Virus record (IMG/VR): IMGVR_UViG_3300038492_000082
Span: 1 to 63,070 of that record
DNA length: 63,070 nucleotides
DNA from: a virus
Lineage: Duplodnaviria > Caudoviricetes
Strand: one strand, 5' to 3'
Under the pieces are notes generated by a model. The model had not been told where the DNA came from. It saw only the letters and a list, made by a program, of their open reading frames with translations, and did not search any database. Shown piece after piece: positions 1-9,176 of this stretch. Every line of letters starts with the position of its first letter. Within the stretch, counting starts at the first letter, position 1. Made by a program: the position numbers and the translations under genes.

Positions 1-107
1 CGCGTTCTCACTGCGGGAAGCGGCATCACGATCGTGGACGGCGGAGCGGGAGGCGCGATCACCATCAACGCGGACGTTCCTCCGGCTGGCAACTTGCCCA
101 CGCCGAC
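1..107. repeat. Terminal direct repeat, copy 1 (assembly overlap of a circular or permuted genome)
   Basis: Bases 1-107 are identical to 62945-63051. Confidence 0.97.
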
Positions 108-2286
108 GGTCCTCAATTCGATGCTGATTTCGGACGGCGCGGCTGCGTGGCTCGAAGCTGCGAACTTGACGTATGACAACGCGCTCAGCGCGCTCGCGTT
201 CGCGGCGGTTCAAGGTGTCGGTGGCGGCATCATCATGCAGGGCGCACTCAGCACGAACTACGAGGTGTTGACACTGCGTGATCAGACTGGCGGCAACGGC
301 TTCAATTTGGAGTTTGACTACAGTCTGTCAGCTTCGAATCACAATCTCAACTTCAACAGTGACTTGTCCGGCGAGCTTCTGCAACTGGAGGCGGACGGCG
401 TCATTCGATTCCTCGGTTACCTCGGTGATCCGATCGAGATCGACAGTACGGGCAGCGGACGGCTCCTGGTTCAGAACGGCGCGTCGCTGTTCATCGAAGA
501 GATTGCGGCTGCTCAGGCGGATCAGGCCGGGTACGGTCAGATCTGGGTTCGCAACGACACGCCGAACGTATTAATGTTCACCGACGATGCTGGTACAGAC
601 TTCGAAATCTCGACCGGAGGCGGCTTCGACCCCACGAGCAATCAGAACATCACGGGCGCGTGGACATTCACGAACGCCATAAATGATTTCGAGCTTGGAC
701 CGAGTACGTCTCTGCAGATGCGCAATCCGGCGGACGACAGTACCGTGTTCTTGCAGTACAGTGCGGGGAACTTTAATTGGGGAATCGCGGGAACCGGGTT
801 CAACAGTGACTTCATGGACTTCGGTAGCAGCTTCATACACTTCCGCTTCGGCGATCCGCTGATGCTGCGCTATGTGACGGCAGCACCGAACGTCGCAGGG
901 TTCGGCCAACTATACGCTTCAGGCGACAACCTCTTCTTCCGAGATGACGGAGGTGTCGAGACTAACTTGACTGCCGGTGGCGGCGGTGCTCCTGGCGGAG
1001 CAGTGAATAGCGTGCAGTTCAACAATGCTGGCGCGTTCGGCGGCTTCGGTACTTGGGACGGCTCAGAACTTACCATACCCGCGAGTCAGGCTGCGATCAT
1101 ACTTGACGAGACGGACGGCGGCGGTGCCGCGTTCATAAGGCTTACTTCTACCACGACGTCGGACAGCGGCATTCAGATCGAGTTCGACTCGTCTACCGGC
1201 ACCGATGCACGCATTCGTCAGGTAACTTCGGGCGGTGTGTTGGAAGACATCTGGGTGACGTTCTCCGAGAATGCAGGCGTCGCGCTTCGGTTCAACAACT
1301 TCGAAAGGCTGCGCACAATCACGGACGGCGTGAACATCGTAAAAGATGACAGCACTGACGTCGGAAACAACTTGCTTCGCTTCGTACACGCCAACGGAAC
1401 AGCCCGAGCGCTGATCGGCAACGTCGGCAACGATCTGGACGTTCGCAGCCTCGTACACGGCGCGCTCATGTTCTTCCGAGGCGAGGACGCCGGTGGAACG
1501 CTGCGCAGCGTTCTTCAGGCTGACCCCGACGCGGTAACGTTCCTTCGCGGCAACACGCAAATTGAACTTCAGGTCGGCACTGCCGGAGACGACGTCTTGA
1601 CGGCCACTCCGGGCGGCGCGACGATACTGTACTACAACGCAGCGGCGCAGTTCGAGACGGACATCTTAGGCGCTCGCGTTCGCGACACGCTGTACGTCGG
1701 CAACCCGAACGGCGGTGTGATCAAGATAAACGAGCAAGCGTCAGCGGACGTAGACGAGGCCGGGTTCGGTCAGTTGTGGGTTCGCAATGACTCGCCAAAC
1801 AACTTGATGTTCACTGACGACAACGGCGTGGATCATCTGGTCGCCGGTACTGGCGCTGGAGGAGACATCTCGGCTGGAACAGTGCTGATCACGGGAACCG
1901 GCTTCACGGCCGTTGCGAACGTCAGCCCAGAGATCAACACGGATTACATGGTCATCGCTTCAGTCGAAGTGACTGCTCCGGCAGCCGACGACATGAACAT
2001 ACAGTTCGTAATTGACACGAACGCAAGATTCTACGGAACTTTGACCAACACGGAAGACGACGTTACGGCCATCATCGAAGGTCAGAACGGCGAGGTAGTG
2101 ACTAACAACGTACTCGTGCCGACCAGCGGAGCAGCGACTCCGGCCGGTACATACGTCACGATAGTAGGACGCCTGATCATGGGTGCGACAACGGGAACCA
2201 TGTCACTTCGGTGCGCCAAGAACGCGGACACCGGAGCAGATGGCAACGCAGTACGGGCAGCAATCAAGCTGATCCCGCTTAACTAA
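1..2286 (+). CDS. Tail fibre-like protein, 3' part (starts at ATG 62762 and crosses the junction; about 822 aa)
   Basis: Frame is continuous across the junction; Gly/Ala/Thr-rich beta-type sequence; repeated AG[YF]GQ[IL]WVRND module. Confidence 0.75.
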   Translation, partial: RVLTAGSGITIVDGGAGGAITINADVPPAGNLPTPTVLNSMLISDGAAAWLEAANLTYDNALSALAFAAVQGVGGGIIMQGALSTNYEVLTLRDQTGGNGFNLEFDYSLSASNHNLNFNSDLSGELLQLEADGVIRFLGYLGDPIEIDSTGSGRLLVQNGASLFIEEIAAAQADQAGYGQIWVRNDTPNVLMFTDDAGTDFEISTGGGFDPTSNQNITGAWTFTNAINDFELGPSTSLQMRNPADDSTVFLQYSAGNFNWGIAGTGFNSDFMDFGSSFIHFRFGDPLMLRYVTAAPNVAGFGQLYASGDNLFFRDDGGVETNLTAGGGGAPGGAVNSVQFNNAGAFGGFGTWDGSELTIPASQAAIILDETDGGGAAFIRLTSTTTSDSGIQIEFDSSTGTDARIRQVTSGGVLEDIWVTFSENAGVALRFNNFERLRTITDGVNIVKDDSTDVGNNLLRFVHANGTARALIGNVGNDLDVRSLVHGALMFFRGEDAGGTLRSVLQADPDAVTFLRGNTQIELQVGTAGDDVLTATPGGATILYYNAAAQFETDILGARVRDTLYVGNPNGGVIKINEQASADVDEAGFGQLWVRNDSPNNLMFTDDNGVDHLVAGTGAGGDISAGTVLITGTGFTAVANVSPEINTDYMVIASVEVTAPAADDMNIQFVIDTNARFYGTLTNTEDDVTAIIEGQNGEVVTNNVLVPTSGAATPAGTYVTIVGRLIMGATTGTMSLRCAKNADTGADGNAVRAAIKLIPLN

Positions 2287-2298
2287 AGAGGAAGTACG

Positions 2299-2583
2299 AT
2301 GAGTGAAGAACAGCAACAACCGAAACAATTTCAGCTATCCCCGCAGCAGATCGCGCAAGCGTGCGCCACTGGTCTGTCGCTGCTGAACGATGACGAGCGA
2401 GTCACGATTACCCCAAGCATGGCGAAGTCGGGTGATCTCGTGGTTCTCGATCACGTTCTGGGCGCGATGGCCAAGGGCGAACTCGTGGTCACTTCGCCGC
2501 AAGTTCTCAAGGAGCACGAAGCCTTGAAGAAGGCGGAGGAACTGAGAGGCGCGGCTGCCAACGGGGAGGACAACGAGGACTAA
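2299..2583 (+). CDS. Hypothetical protein (possible tail fibre chaperone)
   Basis: AGAGGAAGTACG leader before ATG; directly follows the tail fibre gene. Confidence 0.65.
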   Translation: MSEEQQQPKQFQLSPQQIAQACATGLSLLNDDERVTITPSMAKSGDLVVLDHVLGAMAKGELVVTSPQVLKEHEALKKAEELRGAAANGEDNED

Positions 2584-2587
2584 GAAG

Positions 2588-2977
2588 ATGGCGACGAAGG
2601 AAGAGAAAAGGGCGGACCTCAAAGAGCGGGGTATCCGCATCGGGATAAACCAGATTGTGACGTATGCGACACTCGTGCCGATCTTCTGGTTCATCGCGCA
2701 GCCGATCATCGTTGACGCATTGGCGGAGGACATCAAGTCTGTTGTCCAAACCGAGGTGTCGAACGAGGTCACGCCTATAAACAACGCCTTCGTCGCCCTC
2801 CTCCAACGTGACATAAATCGCACGAAACGAGAGATCGCAGACTTGGAGTACGATCGTGACAACGACGGCGAGAACTGGACTCGTGCAGATGCTGAGGAGC
2901 TGGCTGACAAGGAAATTGAGTTGGACGCACTGGAAGAAGCCAAAGAAGCGCTCACCGAAAAGGAAGAGGAAGAGTAG
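2588..2977 (+). CDS. Membrane protein with coiled coil (holin or i-spanin candidate)
   Basis: N-terminal hydrophobic segment, then acidic coiled coil; precedes the putative lysin. Confidence 0.55.
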   Translation: MATKEEKRADLKERGIRIGINQIVTYATLVPIFWFIAQPIIVDALAEDIKSVVQTEVSNEVTPINNAFVALLQRDINRTKREIADLEYDRDNDGENWTRADAEELADKEIELDALEEAKEALTEKEEEE

Positions 2978-2978
2978 C

Positions 2979-3479
2979 GTGGAACTGACATTAGAAAGGT
3001 TCAGTTATGCCAAGTCGGAGACTGAGGGTGTTCTTCGTGTTGATGATTTTGCTCTGGCTACTATTGAGCGGCCTTGGGTTCCTCACACTTCTCCTGGAGG
3101 TAAACCCTTCGAGTCGTGCGTACCCGACGGAGAGTACATCTTGGAACCGTGGATGCGGCCGAAGCGCCACAAGCGAAGAGAAGTCTACATCTTGTACAAC
3201 CCCGATCTCGGAGTGTTCAAGACGGAGGAATCCAGACCGAACGGCGTGGGACGATATCTCGTGCTGATTCACGTCGCCAACTTCGCGCGCAACGTGGTCG
3301 GTTGCATCGGCCCAGGAATGCAACGTTCGCTTCTGATGGACAAGAAGATTGGAGCCTACGCTCGTGCGGTATCCAGCAGCGGCGAGGCAATGAGAGTTCT
3401 CAATTCGTTGTTGGGAAGAGAAGGAAAGCATCGTTTGACAATTCGTTCCGTCACAGGAACTGGAGGAGTAGAAGTATGA
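2979..3479 (+). CDS. DUF5675-family L,D-transpeptidase-like protein, putative endolysin
   Basis: Motifs TIERPW, SCVPDGEY and LIHVANF...VVGCIGPG (His/Cys pair); GTG start; lies among membrane genes. Confidence 0.75.
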   Translation: MELTLERFSYAKSETEGVLRVDDFALATIERPWVPHTSPGGKPFESCVPDGEYILEPWMRPKRHKRREVYILYNPDLGVFKTEESRPNGVGRYLVLIHVANFARNVVGCIGPGMQRSLLMDKKIGAYARAVSSSGEAMRVLNSLLGREGKHRLTIRSVTGTGGVEV

Positions 3480-3706
3480 ACACAATCATCGGCGCATTTG
3501 TGGCCGCAATCATCAACTTTTTGACGGCGCTCGTCGCGTTGTTTGCGAACGACGCAGAGATGACGTTCGCGTTGATTAGTCAAGCTGCGTGGGTCAGCAT
3601 GATCGGCGGCGCGGCGATTCAGTTCTTCAAAGACTATCAGGCGCTCAGCACCCGTCGTCTGGTAAACAAAGTCACAGGCACGGGTGACGGAGGAGGTACT
3701 ATATAA
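3476..3706 (+). CDS. Putative holin (two TM segments)
   Basis: MNTIIGAFVAAIINFLTALVALF...; GGAGG RBS; ATGA overlap with the lysin gene. Confidence 0.6.
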   Translation: MNTIIGAFVAAIINFLTALVALFANDAEMTFALISQAAWVSMIGGAAIQFFKDYQALSTRRLVNKVTGTGDGGGTI

Positions 3707-4119
3707 TGCTACCGAGATGGAATTTCTTGCGAGTTCCGCTTCTGCTACTGACGATCGCGACGCTTCAGGCGTGCGCCACTGCCAATCCGATTGCGCAGGC
3801 GGACACACTTGAACTGCGAGCGTATGCAGCGTCGGGAACGTACAACATCTTCCAGGCGAAGGGTCTCGAGCTGATACAGACCGGCAACTTGCCGGACAAC
3901 GTGTCGCTCAAGCTCATCGCTGCGGAGGAACGTGCGACCCCGGTTGTGGATGCCTTGGACGAGACGCTGGAAGAACTCGAAACGGTCAAAGATGAAATCG
4001 CAGAGGGGGAGAGTACGCAAGACAAATACGTGCTCGTCGCTCAGAGGTTGAATAGTTGGCTGGAACGAGCGCTACCGCTCATCGCTAATCTCAAATCAGC
4101 AGTCAAAGGAGCAGAGTGA
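3706..4119 (+). CDS. Lipoprotein (o-spanin-like candidate)
   Basis: Signal peptide ending in lipobox LQAC; helical body; in the lysis cassette. Confidence 0.6.
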   Translation: MLPRWNFLRVPLLLLTIATLQACATANPIAQADTLELRAYAASGTYNIFQAKGLELIQTGNLPDNVSLKLIAAEERATPVVDALDETLEELETVKDEIAEGESTQDKYVLVAQRLNSWLERALPLIANLKSAVKGAE

Positions 4120-4637
4120 TGGGATTTGCAGAACTATTCATGATCGCAGTGCAGGGCATCTCGACGATCCTCAACAACCCGCTTCTCGGCGGTCAGGCCA
4201 GCGCAACGGCGCGTCAGGCTTCGGAATTGCTCGCAATTCTGGGCAGTCTGGTGCAGAAGGGCGACGAGGCTTACGAGGAACTGAAAGCGTTCGCCATGAT
4301 CATCAAAGCAATGGCTGACGAGGGACGCGGACCGACGCGCGAGGAACGACAGTTTCTGCGTGACCAGCGCGCCATCGTTCACGCCGGGTATCAGGCCGAG
4401 AAGGAGCGCATCCTCGCTCGTCAACGCGAGGAAGCGGCCGAGGAGAATCCTTCCCCCACGGAGGGTGAAGGCGGCGAAGGCGGCGAAGGTGGTGAGGGCG
4501 GCGAAGGTGGTGGCAACGCACCGACGCCTTCCGTCGAGGATCGCATTGCGGAACTCGAAGCTATCGAGGCCGAGCGCGACCTTACGGAAGAAGAACAGCA
4601 ACAACTCCAGGCGCTGAGAGATTCCTTGACGGAGTAA
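4119..4637 (+). CDS. Hypothetical protein with (EGG)n linker
   Basis: Coupled to the upstream gene; low-complexity EGG run. Confidence 0.65.
   Translation: MGFAELFMIAVQGISTILNNPLLGGQASATARQASELLAILGSLVQKGDEAYEELKAFAMIIKAMADEGRGPTREERQFLRDQRAIVHAGYQAEKERILARQREEAAEENPSPTEGEGGEGGEGGEGGEGGGNAPTPSVEDRIAELEAIEAERDLTEEEQQQLQALRDSLTE
4461..4514 (+). repeat. Tandem 9-nt coding repeat (Glu-Gly-Gly)
   Basis: gaaggcggc/gaaggtggt/gagggcggc units. Confidence 0.85.
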
Positions 4638-4641
4638 GAAG

Positions 4642-5286
4642 ATGGCAACCTCACTGACTTTTGATTCTCTGGTCAAAGACATCCAACAGTTCTTAGAACG
4701 TGGGACGTCTGTTGATCCTACCGTGTTCGAGCAGATACCGCGAAGGATAAACTTGGCGGAGCGAGACATCGCTCGGGCGCTCAAGATCCAGGGATTCATT
4801 AATGTCGTAACCGGCGTCATGGCCGCTGGAACTTCCGTGTACCAGAAGCCGGATCGCTGGCGCGACACGGTGAGCATCAACTTTGGCGTGGGAACAGCGC
4901 AGGTGAGAACTCCGCTGTTCCCGCGTTCTTATGAGTACTGTCGGATGTACTGGCCGGATGAAGACTTGACGACTCAACCGCAGTTCTACGCCGACTACGA
5001 TTTCTACAATTTTCTGTTCAGTCCGACGCCGGATGCAGCGTATCCATTCGAGTTGCTCTACTATCAACTCCCGCCGCTGCTCGATGCTGGCAACCAGACG
5101 AACTGGACTACGGATCTCGCGCCGAACGCGCTGCTTCACGGCACGCTCGTTCAGATGTCGGGGTTCTTGAAGAACGACCAAAGAATTCCGGTCTGGCAGG
5201 CAGCGTACGATCGAGACCTCGGCCTGTTGAACGGCGAAGATATTCAGAAGATCATCGACAGGTCTTCTAACAGGAAGGAGGCGTAA
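4642..5286 (+). CDS. Head-tail adaptor / tail tubular protein A-like
   Basis: INLAERDI, FSPTPDAAYPFELLYY, NWTTDLAPNALLHGTL motifs resembling podophage adaptor proteins. Confidence 0.75.
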   Translation: MATSLTFDSLVKDIQQFLERGTSVDPTVFEQIPRRINLAERDIARALKIQGFINVVTGVMAAGTSVYQKPDRWRDTVSINFGVGTAQVRTPLFPRSYEYCRMYWPDEDLTTQPQFYADYDFYNFLFSPTPDAAYPFELLYYQLPPLLDAGNQTNWTTDLAPNALLHGTLVQMSGFLKNDQRIPVWQAAYDRDLGLLNGEDIQKIIDRSSNRKEA

Positions 5287-5287
5287 G

Positions 5288-7378
5288 ATGAGTTACTCAG
5301 AAGTCTTCGGCGGCGGGTCGATCAACCCATCGCAGCGGACGTATCTGTCACTAGTCACGGCGGTTGACGTTCAGCTTCTGTGGCCGAACCAGCAACAGAT
5401 CGGCGGTGACAACGTAGCGGCTGACATCATAGACGTTGATGCTACCGTTGCCGGACTGAACGTTGACTTCGACGACGCGCGCATAGTGTCGCGAGGGTTC
5501 ACGTCCCTGATCACGAACGTCGGTGCCAACACGGTCACCATTCGGGACAACGCTGGCGGAACGATCATATCGTTGCTGCCCGGTACGTCGTGGTTCATAT
5601 ACCTGACTGACAACAGTACGGCGGCGGGAACGTGGCGCGTGTTCCAGCTTGGCGCGTCGGTGTCGGTGGCGGATGCCGCTGCGCTGGCCGGTGCCGGACT
5701 CAAGGCAATCGGCGTCACGCTGAACCAGCGCGTCGCGCCGACTCTGACGGCCGTCACTCCAGTTAATTGGGTTGACGCCGATCGCGCGCAGTTCACCATC
5801 TGGACTGGCGGTGTGGGAGTACTGAACCTTCCGGTCGCGGCGACAGTCGGTAGTGACTGGTTCAGCTACGTCCGCAACGCGGGAACCGGCACGCTGACGT
5901 TGACCCCGCCAGGAGCGGAGCAGGTTGACAGTCAAGCCACGCTGATCCTGAACCCCGGCGATTCGTGCATCGTCATCACCGACGGCACTGACTTCTATAC
6001 CGTGGGTCTGGGAGGCAGCGCGACCATCGCGTTCGACTTCGTTCAGATCGACGTGTCCGGCAGTGGCGACTTCATCCTGAGTGGCGTACAACTGAACCGA
6101 ATCAGCTACCAGTTCATCGGCGCTCTGACAGGCAATCGTCGCGTCGTCGTGCCGAACTCGATCCAGCAGTATTGGGTTGACAACAGTACGACTGGAGCGT
6201 TCACGTTCGAGGTAGGCACGGCGGCGCAGGTCACTAACATCCAGGTCGTGCAGAACAACAGAAGCATTCTGTACTGCGACGGCACGGAGGTCGTCGATGC
6301 CGAGACGGGCACGCTCACTCCGCCCATTACGATCGGACAGGGTGGAACCGGCGCTGTCAACGCTGCGGCTGCGTTGGCGAACCTCGGTGGCGTACCAACT
6401 GCGCGACTGATCAACTCCGGCGACATGATCTCTGGAGGCGGTGATCTCACGGCGGACCGAACGCTGGCGTTCGACTTGAGCGCGGGAACTATAGCGGTTC
6501 CAGCTACGGGCGACTTCCTGGTATTCCAGGACATAGATAACGCAAACGTCAACCGGCGCGCGACGATAGCCGACGTGTTGGCACTCGCAAACATAACGGA
6601 CGTTGAGGCAAGCGCAGCGGCGAGCCGAGTACTTCGCGGTGACGGTGCCGGTGGATGGGATGACGCGGGAGCGAACATACTCATCGACAGCATCGGTCGG
6701 CTGGAGTGCAATCAGGTCACGTTCTTCGACGCGACTGCGCAGTTCCGCGCGAGTGCCGCCGACTTCATCGGGTTGAGCGCGTTCGGTGTGCAGGGTACGC
6801 TCAGCCGTGCCGGTGCCATCACTGACTTCTCCATTGCCGGGTTCACGGTGACTGAGATCGACGGCGGTGTCCTGCGAATGTTCGAGCAGGCAGCGGCGGC
6901 GGCAGATCAGGCCGGATACGCTCAGATCTGGGTACGCAACGACGCGCCGAACACTTTGATGTATACGCGCGACGACGGCACCGACGTTCCCATCGTGGAG
7001 GTCGGTAGCTTCAGCATCACGTTCGACCTCGGTTTCAGCGACAGCAACTTGGTCACGTTGCAATATATCCGCATCGGTGATCTCGTTCACGTCACCATGC
7101 CGACGGCAAACTTCGGCAACTCGAACGGAACGAACTTGGCAACCGGCAACGACTGGCCGGTGGCTCTTCGACCCGACTCGACGCGCTACGGCTCAACGAT
7201 TTGCACGAACAACTCGGCAGATCAGATTCTAGCGTCCTTCTTCCTGACGTCGGCCGGAGCGATCGAGATGTTCTGCCCCACGGCGGCGGGAAGAGACTGG
7301 GGCAATAACTGGACAGCGGCAGGCGTGAAGGGTGTCAACGCCGGATGGTCGTGGTCCTACAGGATAAGTGATTCGTAA
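5288..7378 (+). CDS. Tail fibre / tail appendage protein
   Basis: GQGGTGA motif, WVRND module, C-terminal YIRIGDLVHV...LRP tip-like domain. Confidence 0.7.
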   Translation: MSYSEVFGGGSINPSQRTYLSLVTAVDVQLLWPNQQQIGGDNVAADIIDVDATVAGLNVDFDDARIVSRGFTSLITNVGANTVTIRDNAGGTIISLLPGTSWFIYLTDNSTAAGTWRVFQLGASVSVADAAALAGAGLKAIGVTLNQRVAPTLTAVTPVNWVDADRAQFTIWTGGVGVLNLPVAATVGSDWFSYVRNAGTGTLTLTPPGAEQVDSQATLILNPGDSCIVITDGTDFYTVGLGGSATIAFDFVQIDVSGSGDFILSGVQLNRISYQFIGALTGNRRVVVPNSIQQYWVDNSTTGAFTFEVGTAAQVTNIQVVQNNRSILYCDGTEVVDAETGTLTPPITIGQGGTGAVNAAAALANLGGVPTARLINSGDMISGGGDLTADRTLAFDLSAGTIAVPATGDFLVFQDIDNANVNRRATIADVLALANITDVEASAAASRVLRGDGAGGWDDAGANILIDSIGRLECNQVTFFDATAQFRASAADFIGLSAFGVQGTLSRAGAITDFSIAGFTVTEIDGGVLRMFEQAAAAADQAGYAQIWVRNDAPNTLMYTRDDGTDVPIVEVGSFSITFDLGFSDSNLVTLQYIRIGDLVHVTMPTANFGNSNGTNLATGNDWPVALRPDSTRYGSTICTNNSADQILASFFLTSAGAIEMFCPTAAGRDWGNNWTAAGVKGVNAGWSWSYRISDS

Positions 7379-8931
7379 TGCCAGAACGTCCAGTAAAAAT
7401 TCGGTCGCTACCCGGTATTAAGCGGGACGGCACAGTTCTCGAGGGTGAGAACTACATCGACGGACAATGGTGTCGGTTCCAGCGTGGCCGTCCTCGCAAG
7501 ATGGGCGGATACCAAGCTGTGACGAACACGGTTCCGGAACTCGCCAGGGGAATGACAAGTTTCAGCGCGGACGGTCTGCGCTATTTGCACATCGGCGGCG
7601 AGAGTCAGGTCAGTCAGTACATCGTGTCCGGCGCGGGAACGCTCAGCGGACAGAACGATCGTACTCCGGCCGGATTCGTGGCAGACGCTCAACACTTGTG
7701 GCAGTTCGATCACTTCTACGACGCCGTCGCAATTCAGACTGATGTCGTCGCTCACGCTGGCATGAACCTGACTAACATCGACAGCACGGCGGAGTCTCCG
7801 GTGTACATCGGCGAGGCGACTGCGGCTGGCGTGCTCGTGGACAGCACATTCATAAGTGTGAGCGGCGGCATCGTGACGCTCGGTCCGTACTTGTTCGCCT
7901 ATGGCAACAACGGTCAGATCGCGTGGTCGATGGTCAACGATCCTACAACGCTGGACGTGGAAGCGTTCGTCACTCAACAGAAGGTGGTCAAGGGCATTCC
8001 GTTGCGAGGCGCTGGTCAGGGACCGGCCGGAATCTTCTGGTCGCTGGACGCGCTGATTCGCGCGACGTTCGTCGGAGGCGCGGCGGTCTGGCAGTTCGAT
8101 ACGCTGGCCAGCGACATCAGCATCCTGAGCAGTCAGGGCGTCGTGGAGTACGACGGAACGTATTTCTGGCCCGGTGTCGATCGGTGGATGATGTTCAACG
8201 GAGTGGTGCGCGACATTCCCAACGACTTCAATATCAACTACTTCTTCGACAACCTGAACTTCACGCAGCGACAGAAGGTGTTCGGGTTCAAGGTGCCGCG
8301 CTTCGGCGAAATCTGGTGGTGCTATCCTCGCGGCAACGCGACGGAGTGTACTCACGCCGTGATCTTCAACGTGAAGGAGGGGTACTGGTACGATACCGAG
8401 TTGCCTCTGGCCGACGGCAGTGCCGAGGCTCCCTCCTTCCCAGGACGGACGGCCGGAATCTATGCGCGCGTGTACAACAAACCGTTCCTCGTCGATGCGG
8501 AGAATAAGAACACCTTCGCGTCCCCGATGTATACGCTCTGGCAGCACGAGACCGGGGTTGACAAGGTGAACGCGAGCGAGATCGATGCGATCGATTCGTT
8601 CTTCGAGACTGCTGAGATCGGCATGCCGGTGGATCAGCAGCAACCGAGCAACTTTGAGTTGCGAATCGAACGTGTCGAACCTGACTTCGTGCAATCTGGC
8701 GACATGACTGTTAGTGTGCGCGGCCGAGCGAACAGCAAAGCGCCGTTCGTGGAGTCTGCGGCGCAGACGTTCGCCGAGACACCGGCGGAATCGTCAGACG
8801 AGACGGTCAAGTTCAGGGAAGTGCGACGGCTCATGAGCTTCAAGTTCAGGAGCAACGTGCAGGGAGGCGACTACGAATACGGTGAGACTTTGGGGCATCT
8901 GGATCAGGCAGACGAGAGGATCGAATCTTGA
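7378..8931 (+). CDS. Tail tubular protein B / nozzle (P22 gp10-like)
   Basis: N-terminal LPGIKRDGT...WCRF..GRPRKMGG; internal EIWWCYP; beta-propeller-like composition; position before ejection genes. Confidence 0.7.
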   Translation: MPERPVKIRSLPGIKRDGTVLEGENYIDGQWCRFQRGRPRKMGGYQAVTNTVPELARGMTSFSADGLRYLHIGGESQVSQYIVSGAGTLSGQNDRTPAGFVADAQHLWQFDHFYDAVAIQTDVVAHAGMNLTNIDSTAESPVYIGEATAAGVLVDSTFISVSGGIVTLGPYLFAYGNNGQIAWSMVNDPTTLDVEAFVTQQKVVKGIPLRGAGQGPAGIFWSLDALIRATFVGGAAVWQFDTLASDISILSSQGVVEYDGTYFWPGVDRWMMFNGVVRDIPNDFNINYFFDNLNFTQRQKVFGFKVPRFGEIWWCYPRGNATECTHAVIFNVKEGYWYDTELPLADGSAEAPSFPGRTAGIYARVYNKPFLVDAENKNTFASPMYTLWQHETGVDKVNASEIDAIDSFFETAEIGMPVDQQQPSNFELRIERVEPDFVQSGDMTVSVRGRANSKAPFVESAAQTFAETPAESSDETVKFREVRRLMSFKFRSNVQGGDYEYGETLGHLDQADERIES

Positions 8932-9164
8932 TACTGAACCCGAACCACATGGACGTCATAGAATGGACGGACCAGATGGCAAAGTTCACGGAGATAGGAA
9001 ATGGTACGACGCAGAAATTACTGGATCCGGAGGAGTGGCGTGAGTGGGCCATCAACCTTATCGGCGATCCTGACTTCATCGGGTTTGACACGCCGAATCC
9101 GCTGGACTTCGAGAATTGGCGTGATTGGGCAGAATTGTTTTTCTTGACGCAAGAATTGAACTGA
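8928..9164 (+). CDS. Hypothetical virion-associated protein
   Basis: Trp-rich small ORF (WREWA, WRDWA) coupled to the nozzle gene. Confidence 0.65.
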   Translation: MILNPNHMDVIEWTDQMAKFTEIGNGTTQKLLDPEEWREWAINLIGDPDFIGFDTPNPLDFENWRDWAELFFLTQELN

Positions 9165-9176
9165 CAGGATAGGACT

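Noticed and set aside
490..6990. Diversity-generating retroelement acting on the fibre repeats
   Set aside because: No reverse transcriptase; the repeats differ at all base types and all lie within coding frames.
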